Positions 1 to 9,861 are shown, numbered from the stretch's first letter. The stretch: DNA of 64,000 nucleotides from Candidatus Omnitrophota bacterium (GCA_043826565.1 JBDRPX010000035.1:31299-95298); one strand, 5' to 3'. The notes: a model not told the origin generated them from the letters alone. Made by a program: numbers and translations.

Positions 1-747
1 TTCCGCGTCTAAAAGAACCATGCCGCCGTTAGCTTCTAATGTTCCTAGGTTCTTTATCGCATCGGTTATCGGATTGCCATTTCGATCTAATATCGTCGAA
101 GCCACTTCTTTATCAATCGCTATAGAGATCATCCCGCCACTGGCAATATCTAATGTTACCGCGTCGCCGCAGGCTAAAGCGATTGTCCCCATCGGAGCAA
201 TGATCGTACCTTTGTTCTCTATACCACCGGCGATCAATACACCAAATCCGCCTTCACGAATATTAATTGTGCCTTCATTAAGCAAAAGCATATCCGCTAA
301 CTGGTCCGGATTTTTCTCAAATACATAATTACCGCTTAAGAAATTACTATTGGTAATATCTCTGGTTGAAGCAATTAATGATCCGGCATCAACAACCGCG
401 TTCGGACCAAAATATAATCCCGCTTCATTTATCAGGATCAGCCGGCCGTTACAGGTTAAATTACCAAGTAATAAACTTGGATTAGCGGATAGAACTCTAT
501 TTAATATTTCATCATTGAGATACGGCAGATTAATGATTACAGATTCTCCCGGTCCAATATTAAACGTAGCATAGTTAATAATTGATTTATCTGTGGCATT
601 AATTTGCAGTGTGGAAGAATTCGGATGTGAAAATTCAACGTCACCGTTGACCACCTCTGAATACTGTGGTAAAGCTAAAGCGCTGACATTAGCTGAATAT
701 ATAATAAAAATATTCAGCAAGATTATTGCTGTGAACTTTTTTAACAT
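1..747 (-). CDS. TpsA / filamentous haemagglutinin N-terminal (TPS) domain exoprotein, 3'-truncated by the window edge
   Basis: Hand translation from the ATG at 747 stays open to base 1 (249 codons). MLKKFTAIILLNIFIIYSANVSALA signal peptide, then LPQYSEVVNG...IINYATFNIGPGE...ILNRV...GNLTCNGRLILINEAGLYFGPNAVVDAGSLIAST, which follows the haemagglutination-activity domain pattern. Not in the ORF track. Confidence 0.85.
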   Translation of the reverse strand, partial: MLKKFTAIILLNIFIIYSANVSALALPQYSEVVNGDVEFSHPNSSTLQINATDKSIINYATFNIGPGESVIINLPYLNDEILNRVLSANPSLLLGNLTCNGRLILINEAGLYFGPNAVVDAGSLIASTRDITNSNFLSGNYVFEKNPDQLADMLLLNEGTINIREGGFGVLIAGGIENKGTIIAPMGTIALACGDAVTLDIASGGMISIAIDKEVASTILDRNGNPITDAIKNLGTLEANGGMVLLDAE

Positions 748-784
748 CTCTTTTACGCCCCCGTAAAACATTGGCTAATAAAAC

Positions 785-818
785 AAAAAACCCATTCTTT
801 ATTAAATCTAGAATGGGT
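785..818 (-). terminator. Intrinsic terminator, expression platform of the riboswitch
   Basis: Minus strand ACCCATTCT-loop-AGAATGGGT followed by TTTTTGTTT, between the aptamer and the TpsA start. Confidence 0.8.
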
Positions 819-825
819 CACATTT

Positions 826-926
826 TTTCTTCGGCAACTGACTGCCTTTCCGCCACAATGCTTGGCGGATTAAGGCTCTTGAGTTTTGTGCCCCATCCTT
901 TCGGATAGTTTACCTTTTCGTGAACT
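826..926 (-). ncRNA. Cyclic di-GMP-I (GEMM-I) riboswitch
   Basis: Minus strand CGAAAAGGTAAACTATCC-GAAA-GGATGGGGCACAAAACTC...CCTTAA...AGGCAGTCAGTTGCCGA. GNRA tetraloop, CAAA junction and G at the G20-equivalent position. Confidence 0.85.
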
Positions 927-1107
927 AATATTATATTATAAAAGAACTAATTTCCTTATATATAAAGTATAACATATATATAATTATAATACTAATTATT
1001 GAGTAAAAAAAATAGGCCATAACATATCACTATAGAACAAGTTACGAAAGAAGCTTAAAAAAAGCAATCGTTAATTTAATAACTATACAAAATTGTTAAA
1101 TCTTTAA

Positions 1108-1144
1108 CAACAAAACGCGGACAGGATTAATTCCCATCCGCGTT
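1108..1144 (-). terminator. Intrinsic terminator after rpsA
   Basis: AACGCGGATGGGA-ATTAA-TCCTGTCCGCGTT then TTGTTG on the minus strand. Confidence 0.8.
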
Positions 1145-1167
1145 AAATTTGTTATTTTTAGATCTTC

Positions 1168-2784
1168 CTACGATGTCTCTTTCATACTTAAACCGACTTT
1201 TCTCTGTTCATTATCGATTTTAACAATTTTTGCTTTTACTTTGTCATCAACCTTAAAAGTATCTTCCAGTTTCGCTGAAGCTTCAATATTTAATTCTGTA
1301 ATATGCACCAAACCTTCTAATTCTTTTTCAATTTCAACAAAGATCCCAAAAGTTGTAACTTTCGTAATTGTCCCTTCAATTTCTGTACCAATCGGGTAAC
1401 GCTCTACGATTTCCGGCCAAGGATCATCCGTAGCCTGTTTTAGCCCCAATGAGATCTTATGGTTTATCTCATCAACACTCAGGATAACAATTTCTACTTT
1501 TTGACCTTTTTTCAGAAACTCCGCAGGGTTATTCACTTTCTTGGTCCAGGAAATATCAGAAACGTGAATCAATCCATCTATACCTTCTTCGAGCTCAACA
1601 AATGCGCCGTAATCAGTAAGATTTCTCACTCTACCTTTTACTTTCGTACCCGTAGCATATTTACCGCTAATGCCCTGCCAAGGATCTGTTTCCGTTTGTT
1701 TAATCCCTAAAGCGATCTTCTGATTATTCGCTTCAAGATTTAAAACTACCGCCTCAACAATATCACCAATAGCCAGCATTTCCGAAGGATGGCTGATTCT
1801 TCTGACCCAGGAAAATTCTGAAATATGAATTAGCCCCTCAACCCCCTTTTCAAGCTCAACAAAAGCGCCGTAAGGAACAATGTTAACTACTTTCCCTTTT
1901 ATTTTTGAGCCGACAGGATATCTTTCTTCAATTCCCTGCCAAGGACTTTCGGTTTTCTGTTTCAAGCCAAGTGATATTTTTGTATTTTCTTTATTGATGT
2001 CCATGATCACAACATCAATCTTGTCTCCGATCGCCACCATTTCCGAAGGATGGCTGATTCTCCCCCAGCTCATATCCGTAATATGCAAAAGCCCATCAAC
2101 TCCGCCTAAATCTATGAAAACACCAAAATCAGCAATATTTTTAACTAATCCTGTGCGGACCTGACCTTTGGCTATTTCCTTGAGAAGTTTTGTTTTGCTT
2201 TCTTCTCTTTCCTTCATCAAAAGTTCTCTTCGGGAAAGGACAATATTTTTTCTCGGTTTATTTATCTTAACGATCATAAACTCATATTTATTTCCCAGAT
2301 ACTGATCTATGTTTTGCGCCCCGCGCAAAGAAGCCTGCGATGCCGGTAAAAATGCTTCCAATCCGACATCAACCATCAAACCGCCTTTAACCTTACGAGT
2401 TACTTTTCCTTCAATAATATCACCTTCATTAAAGTTATTGACAATTCTTTCCCATCCGAGAGTACGATCGGCTTTTCGCTTAGAAACGATAACCATTCCA
2501 TTTTCATCTTCTTTAGTCTCAAGCAGAACATTAATCTCTTCTTCCATATTGATATTATCAGGATCATCAAACTCATCAAGAGCGAGAATTCCTTCAGATT
2601 TATAACCAATATCCACCAAAACTTCTTTTTTGGTAATTCCGACAACTCTTCCGGTTATAATTTCGCCTTCAATAAGAGGTTTCACCCCCTGCTCATAGAA
2701 CTTTTCCAACTCCTTAGCAAATTTACTGTCTTTTCGGGGGTCTAATTCCTCGAATAATTCTGTTTTTTTCTTTTTTCGTGACAT
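1168..2784 (-). CDS. rpsA: 30S ribosomal protein S1
   Basis: Repeated S1 domains (DFGVFIDLGGVDGLLHITDMSW, YGAFVELEKGVEGLIHISE). Start moved to the ATG at 2784 behind AGGAGG (ORF track start 2829). Confidence 0.97.
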   Translation of the reverse strand: MSRKKKKTELFEELDPRKDSKFAKELEKFYEQGVKPLIEGEIITGRVVGITKKEVLVDIGYKSEGILALDEFDDPDNINMEEEINVLLETKEDENGMVIVSKRKADRTLGWERIVNNFNEGDIIEGKVTRKVKGGLMVDVGLEAFLPASQASLRGAQNIDQYLGNKYEFMIVKINKPRKNIVLSRRELLMKEREESKTKLLKEIAKGQVRTGLVKNIADFGVFIDLGGVDGLLHITDMSWGRISHPSEMVAIGDKIDVVIMDINKENTKISLGLKQKTESPWQGIEERYPVGSKIKGKVVNIVPYGAFVELEKGVEGLIHISEFSWVRRISHPSEMLAIGDIVEAVVLNLEANNQKIALGIKQTETDPWQGISGKYATGTKVKGRVRNLTDYGAFVELEEGIDGLIHVSDISWTKKVNNPAEFLKKGQKVEIVILSVDEINHKISLGLKQATDDPWPEIVERYPIGTEIEGTITKVTTFGIFVEIEKELEGLVHITELNIEASAKLEDTFKVDDKVKAKIVKIDNEQRKVGLSMKETS

Positions 2785-2956
2785 TTCATCTACTACCTCC
2801 TTTTCTAAAATAAGCCCCGCTATTTGCATAAAAACAATTTGCGCGACTGATCACTCATACCTGAACACCCGGCATAAATGATGTAACCCCTTATGTTATT
2901 AACTAGTTATAAGGGCCTCTGATTTGAACATATATTATAACAAATAGACATTAGCA

Positions 2957-3592
2957 TTACAAGCAATTTTTACTTTTTAGTTCTCTGATACTCTCGATAA
3001 CCTTATCGGCAAATATCTGATAGTCATTCTTATTCTTCGGGTCAAGCCCCAATCCATCAAAACTCAACGGCGCAGCAAAATGCACACTGATCGGGATAAA
3101 TAATGAGAATTTCTTTTCTTTTGCCGGCAAAGCCAGATCAGTTCCGATAATATATGTCGGCACCACAGCAACTCCTGATTTCGCAGCCAGCATTCCCACC
3201 CCGGACTCAGCGTCTTTTATCTGTCCATTAGTACTTCTCGTCCCTTCCGGAAATACGATTAATGCTTTACCGTCTTTAAGCTTCCCCAGAGATGTGCGTA
3301 TCGCCTTTAAATCCCCCTTACCCCGCTCAACAGGAAAAGCATTAAGCGCACTGATCATTACCCCAAAGAACCCTTTAAACAGATCCCTTTTCGCCAAAAA
3401 ATTCAAAATTCGCGGACTAGCAATACTCAGGACCATCGGGTCTAAATAACTTAAATGATTTGACGCGATAATACATCCGCCTGACTTCGGAACAAATTTT
3501 CTTCCGGTTGCTTTAAAGAAAAAACATATTTTATAAAAACCATGCAAAATAAATCTAACCGATAAATATAGCAATATATTTTCTTTATTCAT
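2957..3592 (-). CDS. plsC: 1-acyl-sn-glycerol-3-phosphate acyltransferase
   Basis: NHLSYLD (NHxxxxD) and FPEGTRS motifs; next to cmk. Confidence 0.9.
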   Translation of the reverse strand: MNKENILLYLSVRFILHGFYKICFFFKATGRKFVPKSGGCIIASNHLSYLDPMVLSIASPRILNFLAKRDLFKGFFGVMISALNAFPVERGKGDLKAIRTSLGKLKDGKALIVFPEGTRSTNGQIKDAESGVGMLAAKSGVAVVPTYIIGTDLALPAKEKKFSLFIPISVHFAAPLSFDGLGLDPKNKNDYQIFADKVIESIRELKSKNCL

Positions 3593-4244
3593 TTTTTATA
3601 TATCCAAAAATTTTATCTACAACTTCCCGAATACTTAATCCGGTGCTGTCAATTAAAACAGCATCTTCTGCCTGTTTTAACGGCCCGCTGGTTCTGGTCT
3701 TATCCCTTTGGTCACGATCTTTGATTTGCTGTACCAATTCCGGGAAATTTACCGGCATTCCCTTTTCCTGGAGTTCTTTGCTTCGGCGCTGTGCCCTTAC
3801 TTGAACATCCGCATCTAAATAAAATTTCTTATCCGCCTTGGGAAAAACAACCGTTCCGATATCCCGGCCCTCCATAACAATATCACTATTATGACCATAC
3901 TCTCTTTGCCAATGCACCATCACTTCCCGTATCTGGGGAATCCCGGCAACTTTAAATACAGCATTAGTCAATTCCGGCGTACGAATTTCCTGGGAGACAT
4001 CTTCTCCATCGAGAAAAACTTTTTCTCCCCCATCTTCTGTTTGTTTTAAGGTTATTTGCGTACGCATTGCCAACTCAACAAGTTTTTCAATCATTTTAAA
4101 ATCAACCTTAGAACGCAGTACTTTTAAAGTAAATGCCCGGTACATCGCTCCGGTATCAATATATAAAAATCCAAGCTTCTTCGCCAGTTGGCGAGCTATT
4201 GTACTTTTGCCTGCTCCGGCAGGCCCATCAATACAGATAATCAT
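3585..4244 (-). CDS. cmk: Cytidylate kinase
   Basis: IDGPAGAGKST P-loop, DTGAMYRA, MEGRDIGTVVFP. Start at MIICID (4244). Confidence 0.96.
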   Translation of the reverse strand: MIICIDGPAGAGKSTIARQLAKKLGFLYIDTGAMYRAFTLKVLRSKVDFKMIEKLVELAMRTQITLKQTEDGGEKVFLDGEDVSQEIRTPELTNAVFKVAGIPQIREVMVHWQREYGHNSDIVMEGRDIGTVVFPKADKKFYLDADVQVRAQRRSKELQEKGMPVNFPELVQQIKDRDQRDKTRTSGPLKQAEDAVLIDSTGLSIREVVDKIFGYIKNE

Positions 4245-4326
4245 AAAATATCCTTTTTGCTCGGAAATTAAAATAACAAAGGATAAGGAATTCATCCTCC
4301 ATTGCGGCAATCCCTTATCCTAAAGC

Positions 4327-5175
4327 TTATCCAATAGAGTCGCGTTTTTTCTTAGCCTTAACCAATAACTGTGTAAATGCAGACTCATTATTTGCTGCCA
4401 ACGCCTTTTTCATATATTGCAATTCTTTTTCAAAAAATCGGATACTCTCTAAAATCGCCTGACGATTACTAAAAGAAATATCCCGCCACATTTCCGGGCC
4501 GCCGGAAGCTATGCGAGTTGTATCTTTAAATCCGCTCGCGGCATATTTTAAATAAACCTTATTAGTGCTATCTACAAGTGCGGCCGCTATAATATGCGGC
4601 AAATGACTTATCTGCGCAACGATCCGATCATGATCAGACGGATCAACCAAAACAATTCTTGCTCCTAAGCTCTCCCATAATTTCTTCACACGACTTAATG
4701 CATTTTTATTGGTTCTTTTTGTTTTACTTATAAAACATATCGCGTTTTTAAACAAAGCAATATCTGCGTTAACAACCCCTAATTTTTCAGATCCAGCCAT
4801 GGGATGGGTTCCAATAAAATTTACGTTGACCGGTAAATGCTTTTGCGCGGTATCAACTATTTCCTTTTTCGTACTTCCGACATCAATAACTATAGCTCCT
4901 TTGGCAAGCTTATTCTTAATTTTCAGTATGGTCTTCTCTATCACTCTTACCGGAGTAGCTAAAATTACCAAATCAGCGCCCAAAACTGCTTCTTCTACAT
5001 CCATTGTTCCGTAATCAATCGCCTGCTTTTCTATTGCATTTTCTAAACTCTTACTATGCCTGGTAACACCCACCACACATCGTGATAATTTCTTTTTCTT
5101 TAAAACCATCCCGATTGAACCACCGATTAATCCACTACCAACAATAACTGTTTTATTGAATTTTTTCATCATCAT
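4327..5175 (-). CDS. tyrA: Prephenate/arogenate dehydrogenase
   Basis: GSGLIGGS Rossmann motif, DVGSTK, HPMAGSE, SHLPH, DTTRIAS. Confidence 0.92.
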   Translation of the reverse strand: MMMKKFNKTVIVGSGLIGGSIGMVLKKKKLSRCVVGVTRHSKSLENAIEKQAIDYGTMDVEEAVLGADLVILATPVRVIEKTILKIKNKLAKGAIVIDVGSTKKEIVDTAQKHLPVNVNFIGTHPMAGSEKLGVVNADIALFKNAICFISKTKRTNKNALSRVKKLWESLGARIVLVDPSDHDRIVAQISHLPHIIAAALVDSTNKVYLKYAASGFKDTTRIASGGPEMWRDISFSNRQAILESIRFFEKELQYMKKALAANNESAFTQLLVKAKKKRDSIG

Positions 5176-5190
5176 CTTCTCTACTTCTTG

Positions 5191-5386
5191 ATCACAGTCC
5201 CAAGCCACAAGCCTCAGGTCACAAGTTAAAACAAAAATACCTTTTTTCTCGAGTTTTCCTATCAGCGATGAACCTTTTTATTGTCATTTAGCTTTTAGTC
5301 TTTAGTTTCTTCTTTCTTCTTTTGCTTTTACTTCTTTCTGCTTTCTGCTTTTTAACTTGCAGCCTGTGACCTGCAACCTGTAACTT
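5191..5386. repeat. Imperfect inverted arms built from 7-bp units (YYRCARG / CYTGYRR) around an AT-rich core
   Basis: Left tcccaag-ccacaag-cctcagg-tcacaag-ttaaaa; right ttttaa-cttgcag-cctgtga-cctgcaa-cctgtaa. Confidence 0.7.
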
Positions 5387-6400
5387 TTACACTGTTCTGC
5401 CGACAGCTTGAGCAATTTCTCCTACTTCTTTAACAAGTTTTTCAAAATTAACAGGATTCAAAGACTGCACCCCGTCTGAAGAAGCTTCCTCAGGCGCAGT
5501 GTGAACCTCTACAAGTAACCCATCACTACCAGCAGCTATTGCTGCCTTACTAACCGGGGTCACTAGCCCCCATTTACCGGTAGCATGGCTAGGATCAACA
5601 ATAATCGGCAAATGGCTAAGCTGCTTTATCACCGGCACCGCATTAATATCACAAGTATTTCTGGTATAAGTTTCAAAAGTGCGGATACCCCGTTCGCACA
5701 TGATCACATTAAAATTACCTTCGCTTAAAATATATTCCGCGCTCATTAAAAATTCTTTAATCGTAGACATCATCCCCCGTTTTAAAACAACCGGATGATT
5801 TGACTTCCCGACTTCTTTAAGCAGATTAAAGTTTTGCATATTCCGTGCCCCGATCTGCATAATATCCACATATTTAATCATTAATTCTACATCACGAGGA
5901 TCCATAATCTCGGTAACCGTAATCAGATTGAATTCATCAGCAACCTGCTTCATTATCTTAAGCCCTTCTTCTCCTAAGCCCTGGAATGAATAGGGAGAAG
6001 TCCTCGGTTTAAAAGCTCCGCCGCGCAATACGGTTGCCCCTAATCTCTTAACCTCTTTGGCAATTCCGTGCAAAGTTTCATAACTCTCTATCGCGCAAGG
6101 CCCGGCCATGATCACAATTTTTTTTCCGCCGATTTCCAGACCCTTAACTTTTATAACGCTGTTTTCCGGCTTAAATTCCCGGGAAACAAGTTTATATGGC
6201 GCTAATACCGGAATAACTTTCTCAACACCGGAAAAAGCTTCCAAAGGCTGAACCCGGACAACATCTTCTTCTCCGATAACTCCGATAATTGTCCTCTCGA
6301 CACCCTCGGAAACCATTGTATTCAATCCTAAGGAGTGAATTTTGTCAATTACTCTCTTCTTCTCTTCTTCAGTAATTTTCGGTTTAAGTACAATGATCAT
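5387..6400 (-). CDS. aroF: DAHP synthase (type I-beta, N-terminal ferredoxin-like regulatory domain)
   Basis: AGPCAIES, RGGAFKPRTSPYSFQG, IGARNMQNF, DPSH. Confidence 0.95.
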   Translation of the reverse strand: MIIVLKPKITEEEKKRVIDKIHSLGLNTMVSEGVERTIIGVIGEEDVVRVQPLEAFSGVEKVIPVLAPYKLVSREFKPENSVIKVKGLEIGGKKIVIMAGPCAIESYETLHGIAKEVKRLGATVLRGGAFKPRTSPYSFQGLGEEGLKIMKQVADEFNLITVTEIMDPRDVELMIKYVDIMQIGARNMQNFNLLKEVGKSNHPVVLKRGMMSTIKEFLMSAEYILSEGNFNVIMCERGIRTFETYTRNTCDINAVPVIKQLSHLPIIVDPSHATGKWGLVTPVSKAAIAAGSDGLLVEVHTAPEEASSDGVQSLNPVNFEKLVKEVGEIAQAVGRTV

Positions 6401-6422
6401 TTTTTAGGCTCCTTAATTTGTG

Positions 6423-7556
6423 TTAGCAAATTAACCTCGAACCGGCAAAGGTGAGAGGTCCTTCTTTTTTTAACAGTTTTTTAAATTCGCGCATAAATAA
6501 TTTATTTTCTTTCATTGATCCGATGGTAACCCGGATAAAATTTTTCAATCCCCAACCGGACATTTCCCGGACAATAATACCCTTCTGAAGCAGCTGCTGA
6601 TATATTGCCGTACTTTTTCTGCCGGCATTAAACAAAATAAAATTGGTTACACTGGGAACAAAAAATAATTTCAAAGCTTTAAATTCACCTGTCAAATATC
6701 TCATCCCCTCGCGTACGACCTTTTTTGATTTTTCTATATGCTTTTTATCTTCTAAAGCTGCCTCCGCAGCTGCCTGAGCCAAAGAGTTTGCGTTAAACGG
6801 TTCTCTGACCTGATTTAAATATCCGGAGATTTCCTTACTCGCCGCTGCCCAGCCGATACGCAAACCTCCCAGACCATATATTTTAGAAAATGTCCGGCTG
6901 ACAATAATATTGCCTTTTCGCAGATATTTCATTGTATCGGGATAATCTTTAACGCTGACATATTCAAAATAAGCTTCATCAAAAAATACAATAACATTTT
7001 CAGGCAATCCTTTTAAAAAATTCTCAACTTCTATTCTGTTGACATAACTTCCCGTCGGGTTATCCGGGTTGGCAATAAAAATCAACTTTGTTTTTGATGT
7101 GATTTTCGCTTTCATCGAAGCGAGATCATAACGAAATGCTTTTAGCGGAACACTTATTATGCGGGCATCACTCAGTTTTGCCGCCAGTTTATATATCAAA
7201 AAAGTTGGATCAGCAACAATTACTTCTTCACCTTTATTAACAAACGCCCTCAGTGCGAGAACAATCAATTCATCTGAGCCGTTTCCCACAATTATGTTTT
7301 CCGCCTTAAGCTTATATTTTTTTGCTAAAGCTTTTTTCAAATAGAAAGATTCCCCATCCGGATAACGGTTAATTTCGACTAAGGACTTTTTAATCGCAGC
7401 AACCGCGCGAGGAGAAGGCCCCAGGCTGTTTTCGTTGGAAGCCATCTTGTAAACTGTTTTAAGGTTCAATTCACGCTTAAGCTCAGATATCGGTTTTCCC
7501 GGTTTATACGGTTTTATTGTTACAACACACGGCCTTACTAAGTCTTTAATACCCAT
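6423..7556 (-). CDS. hisC: Histidinol-phosphate aminotransferase
   Basis: ASNENSLG, GNGSDE, NPDNPTG, DEAY, RTFSKIYGLGGLRIG. Confidence 0.93.
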   Translation of the reverse strand: MGIKDLVRPCVVTIKPYKPGKPISELKRELNLKTVYKMASNENSLGPSPRAVAAIKKSLVEINRYPDGESFYLKKALAKKYKLKAENIIVGNGSDELIVLALRAFVNKGEEVIVADPTFLIYKLAAKLSDARIISVPLKAFRYDLASMKAKITSKTKLIFIANPDNPTGSYVNRIEVENFLKGLPENVIVFFDEAYFEYVSVKDYPDTMKYLRKGNIIVSRTFSKIYGLGGLRIGWAAASKEISGYLNQVREPFNANSLAQAAAEAALEDKKHIEKSKKVVREGMRYLTGEFKALKLFFVPSVTNFILFNAGRKSTAIYQQLLQKGIIVREMSGWGLKNFIRVTIGSMKENKLFMREFKKLLKKEGPLTFAGSRLIC

Positions 7557-7577
7557 TACTATTTACTCCAATTATTA

Positions 7578-7886
7578 AGGTTCTTTCTTGTTTAAGTTGA
7601 ATAAAAGAACCTGATTTACCGCCAAGTATTTCCTCTCGAAGCAGCTATTGGCGAGTTCTCGCCGTGGGCCGCTTCAGAGATGTAACTCGGCGGACATAGA
7701 TTTTCAAAAGATTACAGAGATACTAATATATCTAATTGTCGACACTAAAACTGCTTCTTAAGTTACATTGTCCAATCGGTATAATCAGTTTTTTAATCAC
7801 TGTAATCAGGGTCATTCTTGTTTTTATATGATCTCTGTACTTTTATTGTGTTACAGAAATTATCCCACTTCAAATAAGAATGACCC
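7578..7886. repeat. Composite intergenic repeat, copy 1 (hairpin A, GATTAC-rich core, hairpin B) with a nested hairpin insert
   Basis: GGTTCTTT..AAAGAACC, CCTGATT..AATCAGG and GGGTCATTCTT..AAGAATGACCC; same layout as 25570-25764. Confidence 0.8.
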
Positions 7887-7890
7887 ATTA

Positions 7891-9003
7891 TTAACGATCA
7901 TACATTTTTTGTACAGTATGCGGATAAGAGCCAAGTATCTTTAAAAAATAGCACTTTTTCTCCAGCTTATCCAATGCTTTTTTTACAATAATATCATTTT
8001 TATGCCCTTCCATATCCATAAAAAAGTAATAATCCCAAACTTTCTTTTTTGAAGGACGTGATTCAATTTTGGTCAGATTTATTTTCGCTGCTTTAAACGA
8101 AAGCAGCATATCATGCAAAGCACCAACCCGGTCTTTAATGGAAAAAACTACCGAAGTCTTATCCTTGCCTGTCTGTTTTGCTTCATTCTTACCGATCACT
8201 AAGAATCGGGTCATATTATGCGGGCTATCTTCGATTGACTCAGCTAAAACATTAAGTTTATAAACCCTGGCAGCCAAACTGCTGGCAATCGCGGCGCTGC
8301 CTTTTTCTTTTTGAGCAATCTCTGCCGCTCTCGTTGTACTCGATGAATCTATTAATTCTCGTGTCGGCAAATTGCTTTCGAGCCATAAACGGCACTGACC
8401 GAAAACCTGAGATTTGGAATATATGCGTTTTATCTGATTTAACGGACATTTGGCCATTAAATTATGAGAAATATCCAACAAAATCTCCGAGCAAATTTTT
8501 AGATCTGAATCAACCAGCATATCCAAAGTATGATTTACCGCGCCTTCAATGGAATTCTCTACCGGGACAACTCCATAATCACAATTACCGCGCTCTACTT
8601 CACTAAAAACATCGGTTATAGTGTTTGCCGGCTTATATTCAACCTGAGAACCGAATTTTTTCAAACCGGCAAGGTGAGTAAAAGTAGCCACCGGTCCAAG
8701 ATAAGAAACTCTCATCGGTTTTTGAAGCATAATTGTTCCCGACATAATTTCCCGGAATACAGCCATTAACGCTTCATTAGACAGCGGCCCTTTGTTAAAT
8801 TTTTTAATATTATTATATACCTGCTGTTCACGAGCCGGCATATATACAGTTTGTTTAAACTGCTCTTTTAATTTACCAATATCAATCGCTTTGCCTGTAC
8901 GTTTATTTAGAATTTCGATAAGCTGTTTATCAAGGATATCAATCGCCTTGCGCAATTTTGGAATGCTTGTCCTGAGATTGGCTTTCTTCTGGTTCTGCTT
9001 CAT
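7891..9003 (-). CDS. pheA: Chorismate mutase / prephenate dehydratase (P-protein)
   Basis: N-terminal CM domain (LRKAIDILD...REQQV), PVENSIEG, NMTRFLVI, ACT domain with IESRP. Confidence 0.95.
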   Translation of the reverse strand: MKQNQKKANLRTSIPKLRKAIDILDKQLIEILNKRTGKAIDIGKLKEQFKQTVYMPAREQQVYNNIKKFNKGPLSNEALMAVFREIMSGTIMLQKPMRVSYLGPVATFTHLAGLKKFGSQVEYKPANTITDVFSEVERGNCDYGVVPVENSIEGAVNHTLDMLVDSDLKICSEILLDISHNLMAKCPLNQIKRIYSKSQVFGQCRLWLESNLPTRELIDSSSTTRAAEIAQKEKGSAAIASSLAARVYKLNVLAESIEDSPHNMTRFLVIGKNEAKQTGKDKTSVVFSIKDRVGALHDMLLSFKAAKINLTKIESRPSKKKVWDYYFFMDMEGHKNDIIVKKALDKLEKKCYFLKILGSYPHTVQKMYDR

Positions 9004-9652
9004 TGTTTTCCTCCTCCTCTAAAACTTCGTCTGAAGGCTCCTCTGGCATATCATGTTCATTATTTTCTTCAGTTTCTAAATGAATATTTTCAACATCTTC
9101 TTCGCCATCACTACTTTCATTTTCTAAAGCTTGGGCAGTAAATTCCTCCAATGTCGGTAAATCTTGTAATGATTTTAATCCGAAATATTGCAAGAATTCT
9201 TCTGTCGTTCCATATAAAATCGGCTTACCCGGGACATCTTTTCTTCCTTTGATTTTTATTAACCCACGTTCGGAAAGTGTCTTGACTACTCCGTCAACAT
9301 TAACCCCTCGAATAAATTCAATCTCAGAGCGCGTTACCGGCTGCTTATACGCGATAATCGCCAAAGTTTCCAAGGAAGGCCCGGAAAGACGCCAAACCCG
9401 CCGTGTTTTATACAATTTTTTTATATACGCGGCACAATCCGGATTAGTGCAAAATTGATACCCCCCGGCAACTTCAACAATCTGAATCCCTCGATCATTT
9501 TTAGCGTATTCTTCTTTTAAATCCTTTAGAGCTTCTTTTATTTGAGAAACTTCTATTTTATCACAAACCTCAGTGATTTGTTTCATCGTGATTGGCTTTT
9601 CACTGACAAATAATAATGCTTCAACTATTTTTTTCACTTCTACTTCTGACAT
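8939..9652 (-). CDS. scpB: SMC-Scp complex subunit ScpB with acidic tail
   Basis: EALLFVS, LETLAIIAYKQPVTRSEIEFIRGV, YGTTEEFLQYFGL. Confidence 0.95.
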   Translation of the reverse strand: MSEVEVKKIVEALLFVSEKPITMKQITEVCDKIEVSQIKEALKDLKEEYAKNDRGIQIVEVAGGYQFCTNPDCAAYIKKLYKTRRVWRLSGPSLETLAIIAYKQPVTRSEIEFIRGVNVDGVVKTLSERGLIKIKGRKDVPGKPILYGTTEEFLQYFGLKSLQDLPTLEEFTAQALENESSDGEEDVENIHLETEENNEHDMPEEPSDEVLEEEENNEAEPEESQSQDKHSKIAQGD

Positions 9653-9718
9653 CCTTATCTCCTTCAATGAGCGCACATTTTACCGAACAAAGTTATGTAA
9701 AATTTCAACGCGAATTGA

Positions 9719-9811
9719 ACCCCGCCCTTTGGGCGTATCAATCAAACTTCAAACATATCACAAACAAGCAATTCTCAATGCAAAACCTCTTACCCGGCCA
9801 AAGGGCGGGGT
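9719..9811. repeat. MITE-like element with 14-bp perfect terminal inverted repeats
   Basis: ACCCCGCCCTTTGG (9719-9732) and CCAAAGGGCGGGGT (9798-9811). Confidence 0.55.
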
Positions 9812-9861
9812 AAATTTCAAGCAAATAAGTTATAGCTTATTTGTAGCCATAACTTATGCCT

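Noticed and set aside
8939-9003. 65-bp scpB/pheA overlap as a frameshift or pseudogene
   Set aside because: Both proteins are complete, pheA has a strong GGAGG RBS, and the overlap falls in the low-complexity ScpB tail
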